From NCBI GenBank assembly GCA_963846775.1, contig CAWJXB010000006.1:1702990-1766989 (forward strand): 64,000 bases of DNA. Reading direction: 5' to 3'. A program made the translations under genes and the position numbers. Positions 8,251 to 17,734 of the stretch are shown piece after piece. The notes under the pieces are model-generated. The model worked only from the letters and a program-made list of their open reading frames with translations, had not been told where the DNA came from and ran no database searches. This stretch comes from an uncultured Verrucomicrobiae bacterium (GTDB taxonomy: Bacteria; Verrucomicrobiota; Verrucomicrobiia; Chthoniobacterales; UBA10450). Every line of letters starts with the position of its first letter. Positions within the stretch are counted from its first letter, which is position 1.

Positions 8251-9284
8251 AGGAGCTGTTCAAAGATTCGCATCCAGTTTCGGTACAAAATTTTCTCGAT
8301 TTGCTCGTCGGTGAAGCCGCGCTCGATCAATTTTCGCGTCAGATTGCGCGCCTGCGAATGGTTCGTGAGGTCCGGGATAAAATGCGCTTTCGTCAGTTTG
8401 GCCTCGACCTCTTCCGCCGCCTCCTTGGGCAATTGCTGAAACAGGTACTCGCAAAAATCCAAGCCGATGCCAACGCCGTCGATGCCAATGAGACCAATTA
8501 CGTGCTCGATATGATCGATGTAATGATCAATCGTGCTTCCCTCCTGGGTCGGACTGACCAGGATCGCGTTCACGCCGACCACGCCGCCGCGTTGGCCGAT
8601 CGCTTTGATCTGATCATCGCTGATGTTCCTTTCCATGTCGTAAAATTTGCGCGTGTTAGTGTGCGAAACGATCAACGGTTTTTCCGTGAGATCGACAATA
8701 TCGGCAAAGCCTTGCGGGTTGATATGGGCCAGATCGACAATGATGCCGAGCCGCTCGCATTCGCGCACGATTTCACGTCCGAATTCCGTAAGTCCATCGC
8801 GTGAGGAACCGCTGGGTTTGAAAACGCCGCCGCTGCCGGCGGCGTTGCGACGGGCATGGGTCAGCCCGATCACGCGCACGCCGAGCTCGAAAAAAACGCG
8901 CAGCAGATTCGGATCTTCGCCTAACGGCTCGACTCCTTCCATCGTGATCACGAGCGCGATTTTCCTCGCCGCGCGCGCCTGCCGGATTTCCTTATACGTT
9001 TTGCAGATGACGAACTGTGGCGCGCTTGCGACTTCGCTGTACAACTGTGCGACCTGCCCCAACCCAACGCGCAATCCCATTTCCGGCAAATAGCGATCGT
9101 CGATGTAAATGGCCGCGCCAATGAGAGCGATGTTTCCCGCTTCGAACTCAGGTAAATAATGCGCGGTTAATTGGCCGGGCCGGTTCCGTTTCTCGTACAA
9201 ATCGAACGGTAAATCGAAATGAAGATCGATCAGGCCGGGCGCGTGAAGACGATTTACGCGTTGTTCGATTGACTCGTTAGGCAT
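8247..9284 (-). CDS. membrane dipeptidase (peptidase M19 family)
   Basis: 345 aa; renal-dipeptidase-fold motifs (DLHFDLPFDL, HTNTR, GIDGVGIGLDF). Confidence 0.85.
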   Translation of the reverse strand: MPNESIEQRVNRLHAPGLIDLHFDLPFDLYEKRNRPGQLTAHYLPEFEAGNIALIGAAIYIDDRYLPEMGLRVGLGQVAQLYSEVASAPQFVICKTYKEIRQARAARKIALVITMEGVEPLGEDPNLLRVFFELGVRVIGLTHARRNAAGSGGVFKPSGSSRDGLTEFGREIVRECERLGIIVDLAHINPQGFADIVDLTEKPLIVSHTNTRKFYDMERNISDDQIKAIGQRGGVVGVNAILVSPTQEGSTIDHYIDHIEHVIGLIGIDGVGIGLDFCEYLFQQLPKEAAEEVEAKLTKAHFIPDLTNHSQARNLTRKLIERGFTDEQIEKILYRNWMRIFEQLL

Positions 9285-9309
9285 CTCCTAGTTTTCGTTT
9301 GGTGTTTCC

Positions 9310-9963
9310 CTACGGTGCCAGCCGATCAATGTGCCACGACCCGTCGGCGCCACGCGCATAACGAAACCGATCGTGCAATCGATTCGGGCGGCCCTGCCAG
9401 AATTCCATCATGTCCGGCGTGAGGCGATAGCCTCCCCAGCGCGGTGGCAACGGAATCGGCTTATCGGCGTAACGCTCCCTCACCTCAGCCATGCGCGCGT
9501 CCAGCACACGCCGCCCATCGAGAACCTCGCTCTGATGCGACGCCCATGCGCCAAGCTGGCTCCCAATTGGGCGCGAATGGAAATAGCGGTCCGATTCTTC
9601 GTGCGAAGTTTTTTCGACCGGCCCCGTGATCCTGACCTGTCGATCCAGCTCGATCCAGTAAAACACGAGAGCCGCGTACGGATTTTCCGCCAAATGCCGG
9701 CCTTTCTCGCTTTCGTAATTCGTGAAAAAGACGAAGCCGTCGTGGCCGAAGCCTTTCAGCAGCACGACGCGCACTGACGGTTCCGCGTTGCGCCCGGCGG
9801 TGGCGAGACTCATTGCGTTGACGTCGCGAATGCCGGCCTCGATCGCCGAGGTGAACCAATTGCCGAATTGCTTGATCGGATCGGGATCGAGATCGCGCCG
9901 GCGCAAACCGTGGGCGGCGTGTTCGTAACGGGTAGCAGTCGGATCGAGCGACGCGTCAGACAT
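9310..9963 (-). CDS. pdxH: pyridoxamine 5'-phosphate oxidase
   Basis: C-terminal 217 aa of the longer ORF match PdxH (FMN-binding split barrel; RLHDRFRY near the C-terminus). The N-terminal 170 codons of the long ORF are Arg-rich junk, so the internal ATG at 9961-9963 is used. Confidence 0.85.
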   Translation of the reverse strand: MSDASLDPTATRYEHAAHGLRRRDLDPDPIKQFGNWFTSAIEAGIRDVNAMSLATAGRNAEPSVRVVLLKGFGHDGFVFFTNYESEKGRHLAENPYAALVFYWIELDRQVRITGPVEKTSHEESDRYFHSRPIGSQLGAWASHQSEVLDGRRVLDARMAEVRERYADKPIPLPPRWGGYRLTPDMMEFWQGRPNRLHDRFRYARGADGSWHIDRLAP

Positions 9964-10158
9964 GACGCGGACAATATCCGACCGAATCAAGTTGTCGATG
10001 CGCGCGTTTTCCGCATTGACGCCGGATCGACAACTCTGCGGGACGCGAACATGAAGACGCTTCTCGCGTAAATCCGATGTCCAGTCTGGGCGGGGCGACT
10101 TCGGGGGCTTGCAAATTTCTGTTGGCGCTGGGCAGAGAACCCATACAATAGTCCGGCG

Positions 10159-10368
10159 ATGAAAATTTCTTCCGACGATCAAAGAGGTATCGGCGTCATC
10201 CTCCTTTACACAGCGCTCCTTTTTTTCCTGATAGGTATGGCAGGCCACATGAAGGCCGATTTTCATTACCGCGCCGAAATTTTCACCGGTGGACTGACGA
10301 CGGCGGCGGTGCTGGCGACATTTGGCGTGATCATGCTCCTCGTCGCCGCGCGGCGAAAACAGAACTGA
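10159..10368 (+). CDS. small membrane protein (2 predicted TM helices), hypothetical
   Basis: 69-aa ORF with two hydrophobic helices in an otherwise empty 560-bp gap. Weak RBS; speculative. Confidence 0.3.
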   Translation: MKISSDDQRGIGVILLYTALLFFLIGMAGHMKADFHYRAEIFTGGLTTAAVLATFGVIMLLVAARRKQN

Positions 10369-10526
10369 CGCCAAGGAGCGACGGCTTCCCAGCCGTCGAG
10401 TGAAAGGTCGGGCGGCTGCCCAAGCCGCCGCTCCTCGGAGTTCTCGAATCCCTAAAAGTCCGGTGGCGGCCATTCATGGCCGCCACCGCGCCCTTTTGCC
10501 CGCCTCAGCGAGCACCCAGAGAGTGG

Positions 10527-10898
10527 TTATTCCTGCATCGCGCTGTGCAGTTTCTGATGCGCATCGCGCATTTCCTGGCGCGCCGCCTTCAGATCGTCCA
10601 ACTTCTTCTGCTGTTCCGGAGTGAGCAGTGGACGAATCTTCGACATCGTGTCGTCCATGATCGCATGCGTCTTCTGCATTGCGTCCTGATGGATGGCGAT
10701 GATCTGCGGTTTCGCTTGATCGATGATGGGTTGGACCTTGGCCTGTTGATCGGGAGTGAGGTTTAGCGTTTTGGTCATGTGTTCCAAGCCGCCAGCTCCG
10801 TGCCCGTGCCATTGATTGCCAGGCCCGGCCTGTGCTAAAACAAGTCCGCCCAGCGCGATAGCACAGATGGCGGCAAGTGTAAGAAGGTTTCGTTTCAT
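10527..10898 (-). CDS. Spy/CpxP-family periplasmic chaperone
   Basis: Signal peptide followed by repeated LTPDQQ / LTPEQQKKL motifs typical of the Spy/CpxP/LTXXQ family, 123 aa. Confidence 0.7.
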   Translation of the reverse strand: MKRNLLTLAAICAIALGGLVLAQAGPGNQWHGHGAGGLEHMTKTLNLTPDQQAKVQPIIDQAKPQIIAIHQDAMQKTHAIMDDTMSKIRPLLTPEQQKKLDDLKAARQEMRDAHQKLHSAMQE

Positions 10899-11058
10899 AG
10901 TTTTGGTATTTGGTTTGTTCTAATGACCCCGAAAAACTTCGGGGCGTTCATGGATTGGTGACCGGCCGGGGCAAAACGCGGTTACATTTTTTACGACGAA
11001 CGTGCGAATCTATTTGTCGCGGGCCGGCAGAGACAATCTACAGTGGACGCCACGGAAG

Positions 11059-12357
11059 ATGCCAAAGGTCCTCGCCAAAATTGTCGATGTTAAGCCGGTG
11101 GAAATCCGTGCGCTCTGGCTCGCTTTCGTTTTCAACTTCGTCATCCTCGCCGGCTACTACATTCTCCGCCCAATTCGCGAGGAAATCGGCGCGACCAGCG
11201 GCGTTGAAAATCTGCCGTGGATGTACACAGCCACGCTTATCGGCATGCTCATCGCGAACGCGCTCTTTGCCGCCATCGTGTCGCGCATGTCGCGCCGCAA
11301 GTTTCTGCCCATCGCCTACCGCTTCGCGATTGCCAATCTTTTCATTTTTTTCATTCTGATGCGTTTCGTCCCGCCGAACTGGCAATGGCTTCTGGCGCGC
11401 TCGTTCTTTGTCTGGGTCAGCGTCTTCAATCTTTTCGCGACGACGCTTTTCTGGGCCTTCATGACCGACCTGTTTACGGCCGAACAAGGCAAACGTCTTT
11501 TCGGGTTCATCGCCGTCGGCGGTTCGTTAGGCGCAATTCTTGGCCCGCTCGTGCCGACGTTCCTCGTCGATCGTCTCAGCACCGGCATTTTCTGCCTTAT
11601 GTCGGCGGCCATGTTCGAAATCGCGGCGCAATGCGTCCGTTTTTTTCCAGCCGAACCTGACGAGCATTCTCAGACCGAAACGGGCGAGAAACCGATCGGC
11701 GGAAACATTTGGGACAGCGTCACGCACATCGCCCGTTCACCGTACTTATTCGCGCTCGTCCTCTTCATCTTTATTTACACGCTGACGAATACCTGGGCCT
11801 ATTTTCAACAGGCTGATCTCACGCAGCATCAGTTGGCGGACAAATCGGCCCGCACTGCATTCTTTGGTAAACTGGATTTCTCGGTCAACACCCTTACGGT
11901 GCTGATTCAACTGTGCCTAACTAGCCGATTACTGAAATGGTTTGGAGTAGGGTTCACGCTCGTTCTTATGCCGGCGCTCAGCGGGATTGGTTTTCTATCC
12001 ATTGGCTATGCCCCGATCCTAGTTGTGCTTGCGATTTTTCAAGTGGTGCGACGTGCCACTGGCTTCTCGCTGCTTCGTCCAGCGCGCGAGATTCTGTTCA
12101 CCGTTTTACGGCGGGAGGACAAATACAAAGCGAAAAGCGTGATCGACACATTCGGTTATCGCCTTGGCGATCAAGTGGGCGCGTGGTCGTATCGCGCGAT
12201 GCACGCCGTCGGTTTGGGCTTGAGCGCTATCAGCTTCATTGCTGTGCCACTCATCGTTGCGTGGTGCGCGTTGAGCGTTTGGCTGGGACGAAAACAAGCG
12301 GCATTGGCGCGTCAGCGCTGGACGGAAACCGAAGAGCGCCGAAACTTAGCGTCGTGA
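11059..12357 (+). CDS. MFS-type transporter, TLC (ATP/ADP translocase-like / Npt) family
   Basis: 12 predicted TM segments. N-terminal motif YYILRPIREE resembles the TLC-family signature. Start at the internal ATG (MPKVLAKI). Confidence 0.55.
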   Translation: MPKVLAKIVDVKPVEIRALWLAFVFNFVILAGYYILRPIREEIGATSGVENLPWMYTATLIGMLIANALFAAIVSRMSRRKFLPIAYRFAIANLFIFFILMRFVPPNWQWLLARSFFVWVSVFNLFATTLFWAFMTDLFTAEQGKRLFGFIAVGGSLGAILGPLVPTFLVDRLSTGIFCLMSAAMFEIAAQCVRFFPAEPDEHSQTETGEKPIGGNIWDSVTHIARSPYLFALVLFIFIYTLTNTWAYFQQADLTQHQLADKSARTAFFGKLDFSVNTLTVLIQLCLTSRLLKWFGVGFTLVLMPALSGIGFLSIGYAPILVVLAIFQVVRRATGFSLLRPAREILFTVLRREDKYKAKSVIDTFGYRLGDQVGAWSYRAMHAVGLGLSAISFIAVPLIVAWCALSVWLGRKQAALARQRWTETEERRNLAS

Positions 12358-13505
12358 TTTATCTCGATTACAACGCCACCACGCCGCTCTGCGATCGCGC
12401 GCGCGAGGCGATGCTGCCGTACCTCGAGCCCTACTTTGGTAATCCCTCGAGTGTCCACGCCGCCGGGCGCGAAGCGCGCGCCGCGATCGATAACGCGCGC
12501 GACGAAATCGCGGCCTTACTACGAGTTAAATCTTCCGAATTGATTTTCACCGGCGGTGGCACCGAGTCGTGCAATCTCGCCGTGCTTGGTCTGGCCCGAT
12601 GCGGCATGTCGCACGGCGGCCACGTCATCTCGAACAAAGCCGAGCATCACGCCGTGCTCAACGCGATCCAGCATCTGGAGAAACGCGAAGGCTTCGAGGT
12701 AACGTGCCTGAATGTTTCGCGCGACGGAATTGTCGATCTTGATCAGTTGGCCGATTCCATACGGCCGGAAACGCGGCTCGTTTCCATCATGACCGCGAAC
12801 AACGAGACTGGCGTGATCCAACCGTTGCGCGAAATTTCCGGGATTTGCCGGGCCAAAGGCGTCCTTTTGTACAGCGACATGGTTCAATCGTTTGGGAAAA
12901 CGAAGATCGACATATCGCTGGTCGATGCTGCCAGTTTCGCCGCGCACAAATTCCATGGGCCAAAGGGCGCAGGTCTGCTTTTCTTGCGCAGCGGATTGTC
13001 GATTCAACCGATCATGTTTGGCGGCGCGCACGAGAACGAGCGCCGGCCGGGGACGGAAAACGTCGCGGCAATCGCCGGCATGGCCGCTGCGGCGGAGTGG
13101 ATTGAACAACACCGTGATCAGGAGAGAGAAAAAAAAATGCGTAACGCATTGTGGAATCGAATCGCCACGATTTTTCCCGACGCTGCCCAGAACGGCGATC
13201 CCGAGAGCCGATTAGCGAACACACTGAACCTCAGTTTCCCCGGCATCGATTCGGAAACAATGCTGATGGCTCTCGATCTAGAAGGCGTTTGTGCCTCGAG
13301 CGGCTCGGCCTGCATGGTCGGCTCCGTCGTCGCATCACACGTCCTGCTCGCAATGGGTTTGCCGATCGAACGCGCCAGTTCAGCCATCCGGTTCTCGCTC
13401 GGTAAATGGACGACCGAAGAAGAAATTGATGCAGCAGCGGCGGCGATTGAGCGCATCCTCGACCGGTTGAAAAAATCAAAACACGAGGAGTATGCCGCTG
13501 TTTAG
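12354..13505 (+). CDS. cysteine desulfurase (NifS/IscS family, PLP-dependent)
   Basis: Class V aminotransferase motifs (YLDYNATTP, SAHKFHGPKG with PLP-Lys, active-site SSGSAC). GTG start overlaps the stop of the upstream transporter (GTGA). The long N-terminal extension of the raw ORF lies inside the transporter gene and is rejected. Confidence 0.88.
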   Translation: MIYLDYNATTPLCDRAREAMLPYLEPYFGNPSSVHAAGREARAAIDNARDEIAALLRVKSSELIFTGGGTESCNLAVLGLARCGMSHGGHVISNKAEHHAVLNAIQHLEKREGFEVTCLNVSRDGIVDLDQLADSIRPETRLVSIMTANNETGVIQPLREISGICRAKGVLLYSDMVQSFGKTKIDISLVDAASFAAHKFHGPKGAGLLFLRSGLSIQPIMFGGAHENERRPGTENVAAIAGMAAAAEWIEQHRDQEREKKMRNALWNRIATIFPDAAQNGDPESRLANTLNLSFPGIDSETMLMALDLEGVCASSGSACMVGSVVASHVLLAMGLPIERASSAIRFSLGKWTTEEEIDAAAAAIERILDRLKKSKHEEYAAV

Positions 13506-14082
13506 GCAGCTCGAGCTCGCTCTTGTCGGGCAGGCGCTCCGGCGGCCGGCTGCATCGACGGCAAGCGAGGCTCTTGCCCTACGATCGCGGGCGCGCCAGC
13601 TTCTGCGCGCCAATGGGGCCGCGCGAATTGCTCGCGAACTTCGGGTAAACTGGAATCCGCGATTGAAAACATGCGCCGGGCGCGCCGATTATCGCGCGAA
13701 ACTGATCACGTTGAATCCGCAACTCATCCATCATCCTGGAGAGATTGATCGTACCCTGCGACACGAGCTCGCGCATCTGCTTGCCCAATTCCGAGCTGGC
13801 CGCCGCCGGATTTCGCCGCATGGTCGGGAATGGCGGCAAGCGTGCCACGATCTTGGCATCGCCGATGAGAAACGTTGTCACAGTCTCCCATTCGCAACGA
13901 TTAACCCGCGACGCCGCTTCCTCTACCGTTGCCCCAAGTGCGCGCGCGACTTCCCGCGTGTCCGCCGGATTCGCCATTGCCTCGCGTGCCTGGCCTGTTG
14001 CCGCGCTCATTCCCGCGGCAACTTCGATCCCCGTTTCCGATTGCGCCTGGTTGAAAACAGCAAAGCGTCTCCATTCGCCTGA
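13492..14082 (+). CDS. SprT-like zinc metalloprotease family protein
   Basis: HExxH (HELAHL) followed by a C-terminal CxxC...CxxC zinc ribbon, 196 aa. Confidence 0.65.
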   Translation: MPLFRQLELALVGQALRRPAASTASEALALRSRARQLLRANGAARIARELRVNWNPRLKTCAGRADYRAKLITLNPQLIHHPGEIDRTLRHELAHLLAQFRAGRRRISPHGREWRQACHDLGIADEKRCHSLPFATINPRRRFLYRCPKCARDFPRVRRIRHCLACLACCRAHSRGNFDPRFRLRLVENSKASPFA

Positions 14083-14103
14083 TAGCTTGGAAACGTGACC
14101 GGC

Positions 14104-14272
14104 CTTGGGTAGCGCATGCGTCACGCGTGTCTGGCCAGCGCGTCTCGCGATGGTGAACTTCTCTTAGCGCGCTGCCTCGGCCGAAATCCCGGATCGAGGG
14201 AAGATCGTTTCGGCGCGATGCCGAAAGTCCGAGCCGGACTGGCATCAGCACGCAAGACGCGTGCGCCACCCA
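14104..14272. repeat. structured ~170-bp repeat element with terminal inverted repeats (MITE-like), copy A
   Basis: Ends gggtagcgcatgcgtcacgcgtg / cacgcaagacgcgtgcgccaccc are inverted repeats. Internal hairpin tttcggcgcgatgccgaaa. The right half is ~95% identical to the 23634-23722 copy. Confidence 0.65.
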
Positions 14273-14279
14273 AAACAAA

Positions 14280-15365
14280 TCAAAGTCGCGGCGGCGAAAT
14301 CGTTAAAAACGCTGCCACTTCGATCTCGGCAGTCTGGGGGAACATATCGAGTGGAGTGACGGAATTGATCCTGAATTGTGTCTGCAATTCTTTCAGATCG
14401 CGGGCGAGGGTGGATGGATTGCAGGAAACATAAATGAGCGTTTCTGGCGCAAGATCGACAATCGCTTTGCGCACGCCGGGACTGAGGCCGGTAGCGGGCG
14501 GATCAACAATGACGGTAGTGCCGCGTGGCACCACGCTCACCCCTTTGGGATAAGCGGCTGACACAGCCGCCTCTACACCTTCGACCTCGCCGGCAACGTA
14601 AGTTTCTTTCGGCGTTGCGTTCCGTTTCGCTTCGGCAATCGCGAATCTGTCCCAGTCGATCCCGATCACGCGTTCGAATTTGTCGAGCAACGCTTTGGCG
14701 AAAAAACCGGCACCGCAATAAGCGTCGATCAACAAATCCTGATTTGGCGGGACAAGATCGACAATCAGATCGCACAGCGCATTTGCCACTGGGTCGTTGG
14801 TCTGCGAAAAAGTGCGTGAGTGTGTTTTAGCCCGCAGTGTGTAGTGCCCATCAGGGGGATTTTGCGCGCGCAAATCGACCAGGCCGCGATTGACTTCGTC
14901 GATGGCAATCGGGCAACGCTCGATGTCGATCAAACGATGAGAATCGCGTCGAAAGAAACCGATCACGCCATCTTCGACGTGGACGGTGATGCGATTGCGA
15001 TAGCCGTACTGTTGCGGCGATGGAATGATCGGGCGCATCGGCGGATGGTCAATCTTACCGATGCGGCAGAGGAGGTCATGCGCCTGTCGCGATTTGATGG
15101 TGAGCTGATGCTCGTAATCGATGTGTTGATAGGCACAGCCGCCGCATCGGCCGAAATACGGGCACGGCGGCGCGGCGCGATGGAACGACGGTTCCTTTAC
15201 ATCGGCCAGCTCAGCCTCCGCGAATTGTTTGCGCTCGCGGACGATCCTGGCACTAACGAGTTCGCCTTCGATCACGTAGGGCACAAACACCACCTTGCCG
15301 CTTGCGCGTCCGACGCCTTTCCCGCCAAAACCGATGTCTTCGATTTTAAGATCAACCAGCTGCAT
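14280..15365 (-). CDS. rlmD: 23S rRNA (uracil-C5)-methyltransferase, RlmD/RumA family (TRAM + Fe-S + MTase)
   Basis: N-terminal TRAM-like region, 4-Cys cluster (CPYFGRCGGC...C), class I MTase motifs, C-terminal catalytic SCNPSTLARD. Start at the internal ATG (MQLVDLKIED). Confidence 0.8.
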   Translation of the reverse strand: MQLVDLKIEDIGFGGKGVGRASGKVVFVPYVIEGELVSARIVRERKQFAEAELADVKEPSFHRAAPPCPYFGRCGGCAYQHIDYEHQLTIKSRQAHDLLCRIGKIDHPPMRPIIPSPQQYGYRNRITVHVEDGVIGFFRRDSHRLIDIERCPIAIDEVNRGLVDLRAQNPPDGHYTLRAKTHSRTFSQTNDPVANALCDLIVDLVPPNQDLLIDAYCGAGFFAKALLDKFERVIGIDWDRFAIAEAKRNATPKETYVAGEVEGVEAAVSAAYPKGVSVVPRGTTVIVDPPATGLSPGVRKAIVDLAPETLIYVSCNPSTLARDLKELQTQFRINSVTPLDMFPQTAEIEVAAFLTISPPRL

Positions 15366-15424
15366 AAAGCGAAAGTTCCGAGCACTATTGAGCCCACATC
15401 GGGCGCCTTCGGTTTGAAGCTCGG

Positions 15425-17497
15425 TTATGCCCACTCTGCTGGCGCGTGGAGTTTGGCGGTTTCGCCTGCCATGGCGCGTTCGATGGCGGCCTCGAGCTTT
15501 TCCAGCTTGATTGGCTTAACCAGATGATCGGAGAAACCGGCCTGTAAACTTCTTTCAATGTCGCCATTGGTGCCAAAACCGCTGATGGCGATGCCCGGAA
15601 TGGCGCTGATGGCGCGGAGTTGAAGCATCAAATCCATGCCGCTGCCATCGGGCAAGGAAATGTCGCTGATGAGCAGATCGAATCGGTCGCGCACCGCGGT
15701 CTCGAGGGCGGAGCGGAGGTCGTGGGCGGCGGCGACGAGATGTCCGCGTCTAACGAGTAAACGCTCGAGGGCATCACAGGTGTCCTGGTGATCGTCCACC
15801 AGCAGGATACGTAACATGCGGCGGTCTTCGGACGCGGCATCCGCGCTGGTCGAACCCGGAATTTCCAGCCGCGGCGAGACGGTTGACATCGACAAGGTGA
15901 ATGTTGATCCTCGACTACTGCCTTCGCTGCGCGCAACCAGAGCTCCGCCGTGCGCTTGCGCGAGCGATTTGGAAATGGCCAGTCCGAGCCCGAGCCCGCC
16001 AAACCCGCGCTCGACCGATCGGTTGCCCTGTTCGAACGGATCGAAAATCCGCTCCATCAGCTCGGGCTCGATGCCGACACCGGTGTCGTGCACGCTGAGG
16101 TGGAGCGTTTGCGCCGCCGGATTTTCAGACGAGATCACGATTTCGCCATTCTCCGGCGTAAATTTGATCGCGTTCTTGAGCAGGTTCCAAATGATCTGCT
16201 GAAACTTCGCCGCGTCGGCCGAGACGTGGTGCGCGCCGGCGCGAAGATTTACGTGCACGCGTAGATTTTTCAACGCGGCTTCCGGGCGGCAAATTTCGAC
16301 CACGTTTGAGATCGCGCGGTGCGCGTTGATGATGTCGAAGCTCAAACGCAATTTGTCTTTAGCGATGCGGGTGAGATCGAGCAGATCATCAATCAACTGG
16401 CTTTCCAATTCGACGTTGCGCCGGATCATCGCGAGCGCCTCTTTCGATTCTTCTGCGCTGGCGGGGCTGGTCTCGAGGGTGTCGAGAGCGGTGATGACCG
16501 GAGTGAGTGGCGTCCGCAACTCGTGCGAAAGCATGGCGAGGAAATTGTCCTTCGTGCGATTGGCCGCTTCGACGACGGCTTTTTGCTGTTGAAGCATGTT
16601 CTCGATTCTGCGCTGTTCCGTCATTCCGGCGGAGAGGGCCAGGGCGGTGATCGTCAGCACCGCGGTCCAAGCTTGCAACGTCAGGAGCGATTGGTTTTCC
16701 GTTTCCATCGTAAACGGACCAAACCGATGCAACGTTCCCCAAATCGCGACGGCCGATAGAATGAAAATGCCGGTGGCGGTTTCGCGCTGGGTGAAGCGGA
16801 ACGCAGTCCAGATCATGATCGGGCCGCAGACGAACGAGAGGGGATAGTTGTGGATCGACAACGAATTCCAGCCGCCGAAAACGAGTTCTGAGAGAACAAA
16901 AAGCAGGAACAGAAGAACGCCGACTTCAACCGCATCGCGCCGGCTCCATTGTCGCTGCGATTTCGAGGCCCAAAGCAGAATGAGTGGCGCAACGACCAGA
17001 TCGCCCGCCGCATCGCCCAGCCACCACGTCGCCCAGATCGCGCCGTAGTTTGCCCATCCGGCCAACCCGCTGAGCGCGAGACTTGTTACGCCGAAGATTG
17101 GACTAATGAGCGTGCTCAGGATGGCGACGAGTGCGAATTTGAAAACACCCTGTGGCCGATCGAAGACGCGCGTGCCTCCAGCGTAACGATTGATCAGCCA
17201 CGCGCCGCAAACGGCTTCCAGCGTGTTTCCCATGGCGATCCCGAGGCACGTTACGATGCTGCCCATGCTCGGGGCGTTGGTGACGTTAACAAGAAACGCG
17301 CCGAGGAAAATCGCCGGCCAAGTTCGGTAGCCGAGCAAGAGGAGAACGGCGAGTGCGATCCCGGCCGGCGGCCATACTGGCGACGCACTTCTGTGGAGAA
17401 ACGCCAGGTGTAGACTGAGCTTGCCGGCGACGAAATAGATCAACGTCAACGTCAAGATGCTGATGACCGGTAGCGTGGAGAAACGTCGCAGTTGCAT
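15425..17497 (-). CDS. hybrid sensor histidine kinase/response regulator with N-terminal MASE1-like membrane sensor domain
   Basis: About 8 TM helices at the N-terminus, HisKA H-box (LSHELRTPLT), HATPase_c G-boxes, C-terminal REC domain (LLVDDH...D). Confidence 0.85.
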   Translation of the reverse strand: MQLRRFSTLPVISILTLTLIYFVAGKLSLHLAFLHRSASPVWPPAGIALAVLLLLGYRTWPAIFLGAFLVNVTNAPSMGSIVTCLGIAMGNTLEAVCGAWLINRYAGGTRVFDRPQGVFKFALVAILSTLISPIFGVTSLALSGLAGWANYGAIWATWWLGDAAGDLVVAPLILLWASKSQRQWSRRDAVEVGVLLFLLFVLSELVFGGWNSLSIHNYPLSFVCGPIMIWTAFRFTQRETATGIFILSAVAIWGTLHRFGPFTMETENQSLLTLQAWTAVLTITALALSAGMTEQRRIENMLQQQKAVVEAANRTKDNFLAMLSHELRTPLTPVITALDTLETSPASAEESKEALAMIRRNVELESQLIDDLLDLTRIAKDKLRLSFDIINAHRAISNVVEICRPEAALKNLRVHVNLRAGAHHVSADAAKFQQIIWNLLKNAIKFTPENGEIVISSENPAAQTLHLSVHDTGVGIEPELMERIFDPFEQGNRSVERGFGGLGLGLAISKSLAQAHGGALVARSEGSSRGSTFTLSMSTVSPRLEIPGSTSADAASEDRRMLRILLVDDHQDTCDALERLLVRRGHLVAAAHDLRSALETAVRDRFDLLISDISLPDGSGMDLMLQLRAISAIPGIAISGFGTNGDIERSLQAGFSDHLVKPIKLEKLEAAIERAMAGETAKLHAPAEWA

Positions 17498-17631
17498 CGC
17501 CGGACCGTCCGTCTCGTATTTCTACGACGCTATCAAGCCCGGTCAAATGGCGGGGATCAGTTCATCTCCAGAAACATTCAACCTGCCGCAATGCTCGCCT
17601 CTGAATTGGATGTTGAACGTTGGACAACCTG

Positions 17632-17668
17632 CCCCGTTTCTTTTTTTCGGGGTTGGGCGTTTTCTGAA
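17632..17668. repeat. 35-bp hairpin repeat (CCCCG-T-rich-CGGGG + TTGGGCGTTTTCT), intergenic copy
   Basis: ccccgtttctttttttcggggttgggcgttttct; 27 of 28 positions identical to 48131-48158. Confidence 0.6.
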
Positions 17669-17734
17669 GCCCGCACCCAAGAACGGTGGGCAGTGTTTCC
17701 TCCACCGGTCAGCCGCTGGATGATACCGCCCGCA

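Noticed and set aside
8214-8804. 196-aa plus-strand ORF antisense to the dipeptidase gene. Similar long antisense ORFs occur at 4281-4835, 24246-24995, 14820-15527, 47729-48802 and 49034-49651.
   Set aside because: These are high-GC mirror ORFs opposite confidently identified genes, with Arg/Ala-rich composition and no family resemblance.
9310-10473. 387-aa ORF extending pdxH at the N-terminus
   Set aside because: The upstream 170 codons are Arg/Pro-rich with no domain signal, typical of an out-of-gene GC-rich frame. The PdxH homology begins at the internal ATG at 9963.
11937-13505. 522-aa ORF giving cysteine desulfurase a 139-aa N-terminal extension
   Set aside because: The extension lies entirely inside the well-supported transporter gene in another frame. 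NifS homology starts at the GTG at 12354.
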